From the NCBI GenBank assembly GCA_020341815.1, contig CP070837.1:1108575-1172574 (forward strand): DNA of 64,000 bases, given 5' to 3'. A model generated the notes under the pieces. It saw only the letters and a program-made list of their open reading frames with translations, was not told the origin of the DNA and made no database searches. The stretch is from Candidatus Omnitrophota bacterium (lineage in GTDB: Bacteria > Omnitrophota > Gorgyraeia > JAFGHF01). Below are positions 20,611 through 32,657 of the stretch, one piece after another. Within the stretch, counting starts at the first letter, position 1. Every line of letters starts with the position of its first letter. A program made the translations under genes and the position numbers.

Positions 20611-22121
20611 ATGGAAAAAATAAAACCGGAAGAAATAAGCGCTATTATTGCCCGAAGAATAAAATCTTTTAAAGAAAAGCTGGACATTGCCGAAGTAGGC
20701 GAGGTTGTAGAAGTGGGCGACGGGATTGCCAAAATCTACGGCCTGCGCCGGGCAATGGCCTCGGAAATTGTAGAGTTTCCTCATAAGATTTTCGGGCTGA
20801 TTTTGAATCTGGAGGAGGAGATCGTTGCCGCAGCTATTTTCGGCCCTACGGAAAGGATTAAAGAGGGCGACCAGGTAAGATTGACCGGCGAAATCCTGCG
20901 TGTGCCCACAGGCGAGGCCTTAATCGGGCGGGTGGTTAATGCACTGGGTGAGCCCCTGGACGAAAAAGGCAAAATCCAGACCGTAAAGACCCGCCCCATA
21001 GAGCGGATTGCCCCCGGAGTAGTCAAGCGCGAGCCCGTAAAAAAACCTCTGCAGACCGGGATTAAGGCTATTGACGCGATGATTCCTATCGGACGCGGGC
21101 AGAGAGAGCTGATTATCGGTGACAGGCAAACCGGTAAGACCGCAATTGCTCTGGATGCGATAATTAACCAGAAAGGCAAGGACATTATTTGTATTTATGT
21201 GGCTATTGGCCAGAAAAATTCTTCCGTTGCCAGTATCGTAAAAACCCTGCAAGATTACGGGGCAATGGATTACACTATTGTAGTATCCGCCTCCGCCAGC
21301 GAGCCGGCGCCGATGCAATACATCGCCCCTTACAGCGCCTGTGCAATGGGAGAGGAGTTTATGGAGGCAGGAAAGGACGCCCTGGTAATTTACGACGATT
21401 TAACCAAACACGCCGCCGTGTATCGGCAATTATCTTTACTTTTGCGCCGCCCGCCGGGAAGAGAGGCTTTTCCCGGAGACATATTTTATACCCACTCGCG
21501 GCTTTTAGAGCGGGCAGCGAAATTAAGCCAGGCCCAAGGGGGCGGTTCCTTAACGGCCATACCGATTATTGAAACCCAGGCAGGTGACGTAACCACCTAT
21601 ATCCCCACTAATGTCATTTCTATCACCGACGGACAGATTTATCTGGAAAGCGGACTTTTCTTTCAGGGGATACGGCCGGCGATTAATGTGGGACTTTCCG
21701 TCTCCCGCGTAGGCGGGGCAGCCCAGATTAAGGCAATGCGTCAGGTAGCCGGCACTTTACGATTGGATTTGGCTCAATTCAGAGAACTGGAAATCTTTGC
21801 CCAATTCGGCACGGAATTGGATAAAGCCACCGTTGCCCAGCTTGAGCGGGGCAGGCGATTAGTCGAATTGCTTAAGCAGCCGCGCTACCGGCCTCTGGAT
21901 ATAGGCCTGCAGGTTGCCGTAATCTTTGCGGCGGCGAACGGCTATTTAGACAGCGTGGCGATTTCGGATATCGGCAGATTTAAAGAAGAGCTGATAGGTT
22001 ATTTAGAAAAAGAAAAAAAAGACATAGTCAGAGACATCGAGTTTCAGGGTGAGCTGACAGAAAAGATAAAGCAGTCTCTGGCAAAAGCAATAGAAGAGTT
22101 TAAGGGGCGCTTTATCGCCTC

Positions 22122-22125
<4 letters not shown>
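20611..22125 (+). CDS. atpA: F1 subunit alpha
   Basis: [37 protein letters not shown]. Confidence 0.98.
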
Positions 22126-24397
<2,272 letters not shown>

Positions 24398-24405
24398 ATA
24401 CGGTA

Positions 24406-24642
24406 ATGTTATCTTTACAGATAGTCTCTCCCGCAAAAGTTATTTTTGAAGGCGACTGCAGTTTTGTGGTCTTACCCGGGGCCGAAGGCCAATTAGGTAT
24501 TTTACCTCGCCACGCGCCGCTTTTATCTATTTTGAGAAAGGGGACAATTACGGCAAGGCAAAAAGGCAGCAAAAAGACTTTCGAAATCGCAGGTGGATTT
24601 GTCGAAGTCTTAAAAAACAGGGTAATAGTGTTAGCAAGTTAA
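24406..24642 (+). CDS. atpC: F1 subunit epsilon, short form without the C-terminal helices
   Basis: LQIVSP, G.LGILPRHAP, GGFVEV; 78 aa. Confidence 0.9.
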   Translation: MLSLQIVSPAKVIFEGDCSFVVLPGAEGQLGILPRHAPLLSILRKGTITARQKGSKKTFEIAGGFVEVLKNRVIVLAS

Positions 24643-24646
24643 GATT

Positions 24647-25171
24647 ATGGCAGAGGCAATAAAGCCTTCGCCGGTAAAGCTGATTATCGGAGCAATCTTT
24701 GCCAGCGAAGGCATTTTAATTAAGGCAAGACAAAGACTGGAAAGGAAGTTCGGCCCCGTCGATTTCCAGAGCCCGGCCATTCCCTTTGATTTTACCGACT
24801 ATTACAGGCAAGAGATGGGTCCGAATCTCACCCGTCGATTTTTCAGCTTTCAAAGGCTGATTAAACCTGATGAATTGGCGGCAATTAAGCTATATACCAA
24901 TCGCCTGGAGGCGCAATTCAGCCGCCGCCAGGAAAAATCTTCCCGAAGCATCAATCTGGATCCCGGCTATATTTCCCAGGCAAAGCTGGTATTGGCCAGT
25001 TGCAAGAATTATTACCATCGAATTTATCTGGGAAAAGGCGTTTTTGCCGAGATAGCTTTATATTTTCAGGAAGGCAGCTTCAAATTCCATCCCTGGACAT
25101 ATCCCGATTATAAAAGCGCGAGTTATATAAAAAGTTTTACGGCTATCAGAGAGATATATCGCAGACAGTAG
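24647..25171 (+). CDS. DUF4416-family protein
   Basis: TDYY..EMG, R.INLDPGY, HRIYLGKG, WTYPDY. Confidence 0.8.
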   Translation: MAEAIKPSPVKLIIGAIFASEGILIKARQRLERKFGPVDFQSPAIPFDFTDYYRQEMGPNLTRRFFSFQRLIKPDELAAIKLYTNRLEAQFSRRQEKSSRSINLDPGYISQAKLVLASCKNYYHRIYLGKGVFAEIALYFQEGSFKFHPWTYPDYKSASYIKSFTAIREIYRRQ

Positions 25172-25198
25172 GGGGTCTATTGCAATAGACCCCCTACT
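25167..25198. repeat. Perfect 32-bp palindrome, GTAG-type REP-like
   Basis: AGTAGGGGGTCTATTG|CAATAGACCCCCTACT. Confidence 0.75.
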
Positions 25199-25211
25199 TA
25201 AGTATTTTTCT

Positions 25212-25240
25212 TTGACAGTTTGGGCTTTTTATGTTATTTT
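25212..25240 (+). promoter_or_regulatory. tRNA cluster promoter
   Basis: TTGACA, 17-nt spacer, extended -10 TGtTATTTT. Confidence 0.55.
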
Positions 25241-25268
25241 AGAGGTCATTATAGCGTTCTTTAAAATG

Positions 25269-25345
25269 GGGCGGTTAGTTCAGTTGGCTAGAACGCTTGA
25301 TTTACATTCAAGAGGTCAGAGGTTCAAGTCCTCTACCGCCCACCA
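25269..25345 (+). tRNA. tRNA-Val(TAC)
   Basis: GGGCGGT/ACCGCCC acceptor; CTTGA-TTTACAT-TCAAG anticodon arm; CCA. Confidence 0.95.
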
Positions 25346-25355
25346 GAAGATATTT

Positions 25356-25433
25356 GGGGACGTCGTCTAGTTTGGATAAGGCCCCGGACTGTCGATCCGG
25401 TGATCGCGGGTTCGAGCCCCGTCGTCCCCGCCA
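25356..25433 (+). tRNA. tRNA-Asp(GTC)
   Basis: GGGGACG/CGTCCCC acceptor; CCGGA-CTGTCGA-TCCGG anticodon arm; CCA. Confidence 0.95.
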
Positions 25434-25480
25434 TTATATTTTGTCGTTAAAATTTGAAAAGTCAATAAATAGATAGTTTT

Positions 25481-25556
25481 GCCGGGATAGCTCAGGTGGT
25501 AGAGCGCGGCCCTGAAAAGGCCGGCGTCCCCAGTTCAACTCTGGGTCCCGGCACCA
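25481..25556 (+). tRNA. tRNA-Phe(GAA)
   Basis: GCCGGGA/TCCCGGC acceptor; CGGCC-CTGAAAA-GGCCG anticodon arm; CCA. Confidence 0.95.
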
Positions 25557-25577
25557 TTTTTATCACCTGCCTAATGT

Positions 25578-25649
25578 GCTGGCGTAGCTCAGTGGTAGAG
25601 CAGCGGTTTCGTAAACCGCAGGTCGTCAGTTCAATCCTGACCGCCAGCT
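25578..25649 (+). tRNA. tRNA-Thr(CGT), CCA not encoded
   Basis: GCTGGCG/CGCCAGC acceptor; GCGGT-TTCGTAA-ACCGC anticodon arm. Confidence 0.93.
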
Positions 25650-25720
25650 TTGTTTTTCCCTCGGAAGTTCCTAGAAATCCCCTCAGGGAATCCATTAAAT
25701 ACAAAAAATCAAAAAAATAC

Positions 25721-25749
25721 TTGACAAAGTATGAATAGTTGTTTATACT
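25721..25749 (+). promoter_or_regulatory. Promoter heading the Tad machinery operon
   Basis: TTGACA (25721-26), 17-nt spacer, TATACT (25744-49). Confidence 0.75.
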
Positions 25750-25835
25750 TATGCTTGAGTGGTGTTATACGCATAAGTGGAAGTTTACACTTATGCTTAA
25801 ATGTAGATATTAGCTTGCGCTAAAAGGGTGTTGGG

Positions 25836-26066
25836 ATGAGCACAGGAGAAGTCCTGAACAAAATTCAGAACCTGACCAAGGACCTCCTCTATTATTGGGA
25901 GGCCAGGGGATACATCCACCCCCGCAAGTATCAGCGCGGCCGCGTCGATAAGCGCGACTATTCCGACAAGGACTTTCAGGTCATTGCGACAATGTTTAAA
26001 TATTACGAGAAAGGCTTTCCTCCCAAGCGTTGTTACCAGAAAACAATAGAAGAGCTGCACAGGTAG
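25836..26066 (+). CDS. Small MerR-type HTH DNA-binding protein
   Basis: MSTGEV..., L.YWE.RGYI.P and R.YS..D patterns; no effector domain. Confidence 0.75.
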   Translation: MSTGEVLNKIQNLTKDLLYYWEARGYIHPRKYQRGRVDKRDYSDKDFQVIATMFKYYEKGFPPKRCYQKTIEELHR

Positions 26067-26071
26067 AAGGG

Positions 26072-26389
26072 ATGCGAGAGCAAATAGCATGTCTAATATG
26101 CAAAGAGAAATTTTCACCGAACAAATACAGGAAAAATCAAAAGGTCTGTTCGCGTCCGGAATGCCAGCGCGAAAGACAGATAAGAAATCAGGCGGCCTGG
26201 CGGCAGAGAAACCCGGGGTATTTTAAGGTAAGCGGGCATGATTCTTCCTGGGCTAAACTCTATCGACAACGTTCACGGATGTGGAGAAAGAAGCACCCCG
26301 ATAAAGTGAAAAAATATAAAAAGGCGCACAAGGAAGAACAAAAAGAATACATGCGTGAATATATGCATAGATTACGTGGAGGGATATAA
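26072..26389 (+). CDS. Basic hypothetical protein with a CxxC...CxxxxC putative zinc site
   Basis: CLICKEKF.PNKY...QKVCSRPECQ followed by Arg/Lys-rich helices. Confidence 0.6.
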   Translation: MREQIACLICKEKFSPNKYRKNQKVCSRPECQRERQIRNQAAWRQRNPGYFKVSGHDSSWAKLYRQRSRMWRKKHPDKVKKYKKAHKEEQKEYMREYMHRLRGGI

Positions 26390-26390
26390 T

Positions 26391-27380
26391 TTGGGCAAAT
26401 CTTTTATTTCTTTATTGTTGTTTTTAAGTTTTACAATGCTTTGTGGTTGCGGCGAAGGAAAGACTCCCGATTGGTTTAAATTTACCAAACCAAAGTTCAA
26501 GAAAAAAGTCAAAATAGAGCCTACAATAAGGAGAGAGCCCGAAATTGAATATGAAGTTGAAGGCACGCCTCTTGTTTCCGTTAACGGAAGAATAATTACC
26601 CTGGAGGATTTCAACGGCCGCATCCAGGCATATAATAAGGAAATCGAAGCCTCCAAAGATATTCCCGAATCGATGAAAAAGGATTACTTGATTAAAGCTT
26701 TGGAGGACAAGAAAAAACTGCTTGATGAAATGGTGGAGAGAGAGCTGCTTATCGTCGAGGCAATTGAGCGGGGTCTGGATAGGGATCAGGATATTGTCCA
26801 GGCAGTCAGGGCCTTAAAAGGACAGCTATTGTTTGTCAAATTAATTGAGGCGGAAAAGGATAAAGTGAATATTACCGATGCGGAAGTAGAAAGCTATTAT
26901 AATCTCTATAAAGATGCTTTCAAAATTCCCGAAGAAAGAAAAGTAAGCATGATCACAGTATCTACAGAACAAAAAGCCAAGGAGCTTTTGATTGCCCTTC
27001 TGCAGGGCGGAGATTTTGCTGCCCTGGCCAGGGCCAATTCTACCGACAAAAGCGCAGCGCAGGGGGGAGATGTTGGCTTCATTGTGAGGCAGCTGCCTTT
27101 TCCTCAGCCTGAAAAAAAGACGATGTTTGAAAAATTTGAAGAAGTGGCCTTTTCTCTGGAATTAAACAAACCCAGCGCAATATTTCAGGGGCCGAGCGGT
27201 TATTATATAATTAAAGTAAGAGAAATAAAGCCCGCCCGCCAGATGGTGCTTTCGGAAGTTTATAATGATATCGAGCAGGGGCTTTTGATTAAGAAACAAG
27301 AAGACGGTTTAAGGACTTTAATCGGCAATTTGCGCAAGAGCGGTAATATCGTTGTGCATGAGGAGCTATTAAGAAAATAA
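26391..27380 (+). CDS. PrsA/SurA-type parvulin (PpiC) foldase lipoprotein
   Basis: Lipobox LCGC; VNGRIIT..DF; GGDFAALARANSTDKSAAQGGDVG; GYYIIKV. GGAGG RBS precedes TTG 26391. Confidence 0.85.
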   Translation: MGKSFISLLLFLSFTMLCGCGEGKTPDWFKFTKPKFKKKVKIEPTIRREPEIEYEVEGTPLVSVNGRIITLEDFNGRIQAYNKEIEASKDIPESMKKDYLIKALEDKKKLLDEMVERELLIVEAIERGLDRDQDIVQAVRALKGQLLFVKLIEAEKDKVNITDAEVESYYNLYKDAFKIPEERKVSMITVSTEQKAKELLIALLQGGDFAALARANSTDKSAAQGGDVGFIVRQLPFPQPEKKTMFEKFEEVAFSLELNKPSAIFQGPSGYYIIKVREIKPARQMVLSEVYNDIEQGLLIKKQEDGLRTLIGNLRKSGNIVVHEELLRK

Positions 27381-27381
27381 T

Positions 27382-28221
27382 ATGGGCTTGGGCAGGAAGT
27401 GGACGATTATAATAGCGGTAATTCTGGGACTTTCGGCCGTAATTCTGACTAATATCTATTTAGAGCAGAGCAGGAGAGAAATAGTGGTCGAGGAGGCCCG
27501 GATTTTAATTGCAGCCAGAGATATAACCAAAGGTTCGGTGATTGATTATGATATGCTGGCTTTTAAGACTATGCCGCTTACATTTATCCAGCCGGGGGCC
27601 TTCGCCTCTAAAGAAGGTGCCGTAGGCAAGACTGCAGCGATTACGATTATAGCAGGAGAACAGATTTTAAGTAGCAAATTGGCCGCTCCGGAGACAGGAC
27701 TGACTCTGGCCGGCAAGACCCCTCCCGGCAAAAGGGCGATAACTATCGGGTTGGATGCGGCTTCGGCGGTAGGGGGGATGGTTGGGCCCGGAGACCATGT
27801 CGATGTCCTGGCTATCTTTACCGCTCCTTCGATAACCGTAACTTTATTTCAGGATATCCTGGTTCTGGCGGTGGGACAGAGAATAGTGGCTGAGGCCGAG
27901 GAAAGAAGGCCCCGCAGAGAAGAGGTTTTGGGAACAGGCAGGGAGACCGTTACTTTGGCTCTCACTCCCCAGGAAGTGCAGATTCTTATTCTGGCAACGG
28001 AACAGGGAAAGATTCGCCTGACTCTCAGGCCGCGCATGGAAACGGGTGAAGTCTTGCCACAAGTGGATTTGACTAATTTACCGCCGGTGATTGAGCTGAA
28101 TACATTATTGCAGTTATATATCAGGAGGCCTCCTGCCGAAATGGTGGAGCCTAAGGCGCAAGTTGAAATCATTCGTGGCCTAAAAAAGGAAGTTACGCCC
28201 GTTCCGGAAAACAATAAATGA
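27382..28221 (+). CDS. cpaB: Flp pilus assembly protein CpaB/RcpC
   Basis: SAF domain AARDI..G, PGKRAITI, GGMVGPGDHVDV, VLAVG, VTLALTP. Confidence 0.92.
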   Translation: MGLGRKWTIIIAVILGLSAVILTNIYLEQSRREIVVEEARILIAARDITKGSVIDYDMLAFKTMPLTFIQPGAFASKEGAVGKTAAITIIAGEQILSSKLAAPETGLTLAGKTPPGKRAITIGLDAASAVGGMVGPGDHVDVLAIFTAPSITVTLFQDILVLAVGQRIVAEAEERRPRREEVLGTGRETVTLALTPQEVQILILATEQGKIRLTLRPRMETGEVLPQVDLTNLPPVIELNTLLQLYIRRPPAEMVEPKAQVEIIRGLKKEVTPVPENNK

Positions 28222-29786
28222 AACTTAAAACTTTAATTCTGACAATTTGTCTTGCCCTGTTGACCCAGAGATTAGCTTTCACCTGGACAGAAGAGGTGCA
28301 GCTTGTTACCAACGAATTAAAGATAATTCCGGTTCAGGAGCTAAAGAGGGTAGCCATAGGAGACCCTGCCGTAGCCGATATGACCATATTGAGCGCTCGG
28401 GAAGTAATGCTGATGGCCAAGAGTTCAGGTACCACCAGTCTGATTATCTGGGATGCATCAGGCCAGCGTTCCTTTAACATTACTGTCCTGGGTAAGGATC
28501 TGGAAAAAATTGCCCAGAAAATCAGGGAATTACTTGTTTCCTCGGATATTCAGGGGGTGACGGTTAAGGCGCAAGAGGACGGCGTTTATGTGACGGGAGA
28601 GGTGTTAACCCAGTACGAACTGGATAAAGTTAAGAGCGTTTTAGCTCCTTTTGCTACTAATACGACAAATTTAGTCAGACTCAAAGAGCGCCAGCCTCTG
28701 GTGGAAATAGATGTAAATGTCTTAGAGGTTGCCTGCGATGACGTAAAGAGGCTGGGTTTTGACTGGTCAAATCTTTTACCAATCACATACACCGAGCCCT
28801 CAGGGACGCGCACTGCCGGCAGCTCTTATGACCCCAAAAGCCATATTACCGGCAAGGCTCCCAAGCTCTGGAGGACATTCAAGTGGGACCGCAGCACCAT
28901 TGACGCCAGACTGAATTTTTTAATAGAGGAGGGCAAGGCGCGCACTTTGTCTAATCCCAAATTAGTAACCTTAAGCGGTAAGGAGGCATCCTTTTTGGTG
29001 GGCGGAGAAACGCCTTATGTTACGGTGGAGACCGAAGGCAGGACAAAAGTGGAATGGAAAGAGTACGGGATAAATTTAAAGATACTTCCGGAAGTCAATA
29101 CTAAAAATGAGATAAGAATCGTGATGAATGCCGAAGTTTCTGACTTGGGCTCAAGTGTTTTAGAACAGGGATATTCTATCCCTTCCGTCACGACGAGAAA
29201 AGCCCAGACCGAGCTTTTTCTCAACGAAGAAGATACGATTTTTCTCGCCGGCCTGATTAGGAATAGAGATAGCGAAAATATAGATAGGCTTCCCTGGCTA
29301 AGCAAGGTTCCTATTTTAGGCGAGATGTTCAAATATAATAACCTTACTGATACGCGCACAGAGCTGGTAATCTCTTTGACACCGAGAATTATCGGCGAGA
29401 AAGCCGATTTCGAATACATCGCCAGCGAGATGCTCAAGCAGGAAGCAATTTTGGCGGCGCGCTCAGCCTATACCGAGGAAGTTTCTCCGCTCGATTCTTA
29501 CAATCAAATGATAGAGGATATTATTACCAATGCGGTTGTTTATCCCGAGGCGGCTCGCGAGGTGGGGCTTGAAGGTATGGTCAAGATTGAATTGCGCCTT
29601 TTGTCCGACGGCCGGCTGAAAGAGGCTAAAATCAGGGAATCCTCCGGATTCAGCACCTTAGACAGGGCTGCGCTTGCCGCAGTGCAGGCTGTTGATGCCT
29701 ATCCTTCATTTCCATCGCAGATTGCAGAAGAGGAGCTTCTGCTTTCCGTGCCGGTAGTATTCGAAAGTTATACGAAAGGTGAATAA
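28218..29786 (+). CDS. cpaC: Tad secretin (CpaC/RcpA) with C-terminal TonB_C domain
   Basis: VAIGDPAVAD N-domain; LSNPKLVTLSGKEASFLVGGE.P; PWLSKVPILGEMF; ELVISLTP; tail YPEAAR..G.EG.V...SSG...LD.AA. Confidence 0.88.
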   Translation: MKLKTLILTICLALLTQRLAFTWTEEVQLVTNELKIIPVQELKRVAIGDPAVADMTILSAREVMLMAKSSGTTSLIIWDASGQRSFNITVLGKDLEKIAQKIRELLVSSDIQGVTVKAQEDGVYVTGEVLTQYELDKVKSVLAPFATNTTNLVRLKERQPLVEIDVNVLEVACDDVKRLGFDWSNLLPITYTEPSGTRTAGSSYDPKSHITGKAPKLWRTFKWDRSTIDARLNFLIEEGKARTLSNPKLVTLSGKEASFLVGGETPYVTVETEGRTKVEWKEYGINLKILPEVNTKNEIRIVMNAEVSDLGSSVLEQGYSIPSVTTRKAQTELFLNEEDTIFLAGLIRNRDSENIDRLPWLSKVPILGEMFKYNNLTDTRTELVISLTPRIIGEKADFEYIASEMLKQEAILAARSAYTEEVSPLDSYNQMIEDIITNAVVYPEAAREVGLEGMVKIELRLLSDGRLKEAKIRESSGFSTLDRAALAAVQAVDAYPSFPSQIAEEELLLSVPVVFESYTKGE

Positions 29787-29789
29787 AAT

Positions 29790-31928
29790 ATGTGTCGGAC
29801 AATTTCTATATTTGGTACCAAGGGCGGGGTAGGCAAGACCGTTATTGCCGCTAACCTTGCTGTGAGCCTGACCCAGATGGGGAAAAAAGTAGCCCTGCTC
29901 GATCTGGACTTACAGTTTAGCGGTGACATAGCCAAGATATTGGATGTCAAGCCGAAAGAGACCATTTTTTCTCTTATCCCTCACCTGCCGAAATTAGATA
30001 AGGCCGGCTCCCTCAAGAGACATATGACCAGCCATGCTTCCGGTTTGGATATCCTCTCGGCTGTAAGTAGCCCTAAGGAAATTCCTCAGATTATTCCTTC
30101 CCGCCTGGAGCCAATTTTGAATTTGCTTAAGGCGGAATATGAATTTATCATTATTGACGCCGGCAGTTTCTTTACCGATAGCTTAATTTATTTATTTGAT
30201 AACTCTAATCTTATCCTTGAAGTAAGCACTCCGGATGTGCTTTCTGTGTATCAGACCGAATGGAGTGTGGATACGCTGGAGAACCTGCATTTTCCTTTAA
30301 GTATGGTTAAGTTAATCCTTAATCGCGCCGAAAGCCGGGGAGGGGTACGCTGGGAAGACGTAAAATCTGCCCTGAGGTGTGAGGTAATTGCTCATATTCC
30401 CAGTGATGGGCGCACGGTAGGCCTGGCAGTTAACCGGGGCGTGCCTTTTGTGACAGATACCCCGCGCGCAAAAATCAGCGAGGCCGTAAGAAAGCTGGCC
30501 CAGACCTTAATCAGTCAGGACAGGCTTTATATTGAGAAATTAAAACGTCCGCGTATAGCTGAAGAGCCCGCTCGCGTGGGCCAATTCTGGGAACATTACG
30601 GCCTGGCAGCTCCCTTAACTGTTCTTGGCGCAGAGGAAAAGGACGAAATTATTCTGCTTAAGCAGGCGGTGCATAGCCGATTGATCGATGAACTGGATTT
30701 GAAAACGCTGGATGTAGTAGCCTTAAGCCGCAATCCAGAGAAGGCAAAGCAACTCAGAGAAAGGACAGAGAAGGCTATTGCCAATATTTTGGTGGAAAAA
30801 GGCTCCGGTCTAATCTCTTCTTATGAAGTGCGTAAGGAATTAGTGAAAGAGATTGCCGATGAGGTCCTGGGTCTTGGGCCTCTGGAAGATTTATTAAGGG
30901 ATCCGGAAATAACGGAAGTAATGGTAAATAATAAAGACCAGGTTTATGTAGAGCGCCACGGGAAAATAGAGCTTACCAATAAAAAATTCATCAATAATGA
31001 ACAGGTGCGGGCAGTGATTGAGCGTATTGTTGCGCCTCTGGGCCGAAGAGTTGATGAAAGCGTGCCTATGGTGGATGCGCGTCTTCCCGATGGCTCGCGC
31101 GTAAATGCGATTATCCCTCCCCTGTCTATTAAAGGCCCGACATTGACTATCCGCAAGTTTGCCCGCGAGCGCTATACGATGGAAGACCTGGTTAAGTTCG
31201 GCACCTTAAGTCCGGCGATGGTGGAATTTCTCAAGACCTGTATCCTGGTGCGCCGAAATATGATTGTCTCCGGAGGCACGGGTAGCGGCAAGACCACACT
31301 GCTTAATGCCCTCTCTCGTTTTATTCCCGAACAGGAAAGGATTATCACTATTGAAGATGCCGCAGAACTTAAACTGCATCAGAGACATTGGATATCTCTG
31401 GAGGCGCGCATGCCCAATATTGAAGGAAAGGGCGCTATTCCCATCAGAGAACTTTTTCGTAATTCCTTGCGTATGCGTCCCGACCGTATTATTATCGGTG
31501 AATGCCGCGGCAATGAAACTCCGGATATGCTGCAAGCAATGAATACAGGACATGACGGTTCCTTAACTACTATTCATGCCAATTCTACTCATCATGTTCT
31601 GACACGTCTGGATGCAATGGTTTTAATGAGCGGAATAGAGCTTCCTGTGCGCACTATTCGTGAACAGATAGCCGGAGCAATTAATCTTATCATTCACACT
31701 GCCCGTTTAAGTGACGGTTCAAGGAAAGTAATGTGTATTACCCAAGTCTTAGGCCTTAAAGAGCCGATGGGAATTGAAATGAAAGATATTTTCATCTTTA
31801 AGCAAACCGGCACCGGAAAAGACGGAAAAGTCTTGGGCACATTTAAGCCCACGGGTTTTGTGCCTACTTTCCTGGAAGACATACATCTCAAAGGCATTAA
31901 GCTTTCTCCTTCCATATTCAAATCCTAA
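29790..31928 (+). CDS. cpaF: Fused TadZ/CpaE (MinD-like) and TadA/CpaF pilus ATPase
   Basis: N-terminal KGGVGKT..AANLA and DLDLQFSGD; C-terminal GGTGSGKTT, RMRPDRIIIGECRG and AMNTGHDG. Confidence 0.9.
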   Translation: MCRTISIFGTKGGVGKTVIAANLAVSLTQMGKKVALLDLDLQFSGDIAKILDVKPKETIFSLIPHLPKLDKAGSLKRHMTSHASGLDILSAVSSPKEIPQIIPSRLEPILNLLKAEYEFIIIDAGSFFTDSLIYLFDNSNLILEVSTPDVLSVYQTEWSVDTLENLHFPLSMVKLILNRAESRGGVRWEDVKSALRCEVIAHIPSDGRTVGLAVNRGVPFVTDTPRAKISEAVRKLAQTLISQDRLYIEKLKRPRIAEEPARVGQFWEHYGLAAPLTVLGAEEKDEIILLKQAVHSRLIDELDLKTLDVVALSRNPEKAKQLRERTEKAIANILVEKGSGLISSYEVRKELVKEIADEVLGLGPLEDLLRDPEITEVMVNNKDQVYVERHGKIELTNKKFINNEQVRAVIERIVAPLGRRVDESVPMVDARLPDGSRVNAIIPPLSIKGPTLTIRKFARERYTMEDLVKFGTLSPAMVEFLKTCILVRRNMIVSGGTGSGKTTLLNALSRFIPEQERIITIEDAAELKLHQRHWISLEARMPNIEGKGAIPIRELFRNSLRMRPDRIIIGECRGNETPDMLQAMNTGHDGSLTTIHANSTHHVLTRLDAMVLMSGIELPVRTIREQIAGAINLIIHTARLSDGSRKVMCITQVLGLKEPMGIEMKDIFIFKQTGTGKDGKVLGTFKPTGFVPTFLEDIHLKGIKLSPSIFKS

Positions 31929-31948
31929 TTTAAATCCTAAACAACCAT

Positions 31949-31973
31949 CACTTACACCTACGAGGTGTAAGTG
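31949..31973. terminator. Stem-loop after tadZA
   Basis: CACTTACACCT-ACG-AGGTGTAAGTG, an 11-bp stem with no clear U tract. Confidence 0.45.
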
Positions 31974-32036
31974 GGGATTAGGTTTGATCTTTTTGTATTG
32001 ACAAAGGGCAAGGGGATAATGTATATTAGGGCTATT

Positions 32037-32387
32037 ATGGAAACGGTAGAAGTCCTTAATGCTACCAAAAGTATAGTCGTAGCCACGCAGGCTGAACTTG
32101 CTGTTTCGTTAGGACAAAGGATGAAGGGCCTGATTGGACGCAGCAGCCTCCCCTTTAACGAAGCCCTTATCCTTAAGCCTTGCTCTTCCATCCATACCTT
32201 CTTTATGCGCTTTGCCATAGATGTGCTGTTCCTGAATAAAGAGATGCGGATAATCAGGATGCTCCAGAATATGCCACCCAACCGTCTTGGCCCCATAGTC
32301 TGGACAAGTATAATGGCAATAGAGCTGTCTGCCGGAAAGATAGGCCAGACCAATACCCAGCCAGGTGATTTAATTGAGCTTAGATAA
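32037..32387 (+). CDS. DUF192-family protein
   Basis: RMKGLIGR, SIHTFFMRFAIDVLFL, IELSAG. A TTGACA lies upstream at 31998. Confidence 0.88.
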   Translation: METVEVLNATKSIVVATQAELAVSLGQRMKGLIGRSSLPFNEALILKPCSSIHTFFMRFAIDVLFLNKEMRIIRMLQNMPPNRLGPIVWTSIMAIELSAGKIGQTNTQPGDLIELR

Positions 32388-32486
32388 AAAGATTTACCTC
32401 GCCAATTGTTAGGCGGGCCTGCCCACAAGCTGTAAAGACGCTTTAATCTTACTAATTTAGACTTCTTATGTAACTTCTTGATACTA

Positions 32487-32627
32487 TTATGTTAATGTTG
32501 CAAATAAATGTTTACTTGACATAAGGGAAAAAATAGGGTAAAATCAAAGATAGTATAATGTTTCTAAACAATAATCGACATAAGCTATTGAAATAGTTAT
32601 GTTAATGTTGCAAATAAATGTTTACTT
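32487..32627 (+). repeat. Perfect 31-bp direct repeat, period 110 bp, flanking a promoter
   Basis: TTATGTTAATGTTGCAAATAAATGTTTACTT at 32487-32517 and 32597-32627. TTGACA(32516)-17 nt-TAAAAT(32539) lies between them. Confidence 0.85.
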
Positions 32628-32657
32628 TTGAGCAAATGGCCATAAATAGGTAGGATA

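Noticed and set aside
25492-25738. 70-aa and 80-aa ORFs
   Set aside because: They overlap tRNA-Phe and tRNA-Thr.
25650-26100. Integrative element inserted at tRNA-Thr carrying the Tad locus
   Set aside because: No integrase and no duplicated tRNA-Thr 3' end were seen in the window, and the composition resembles the core genes.
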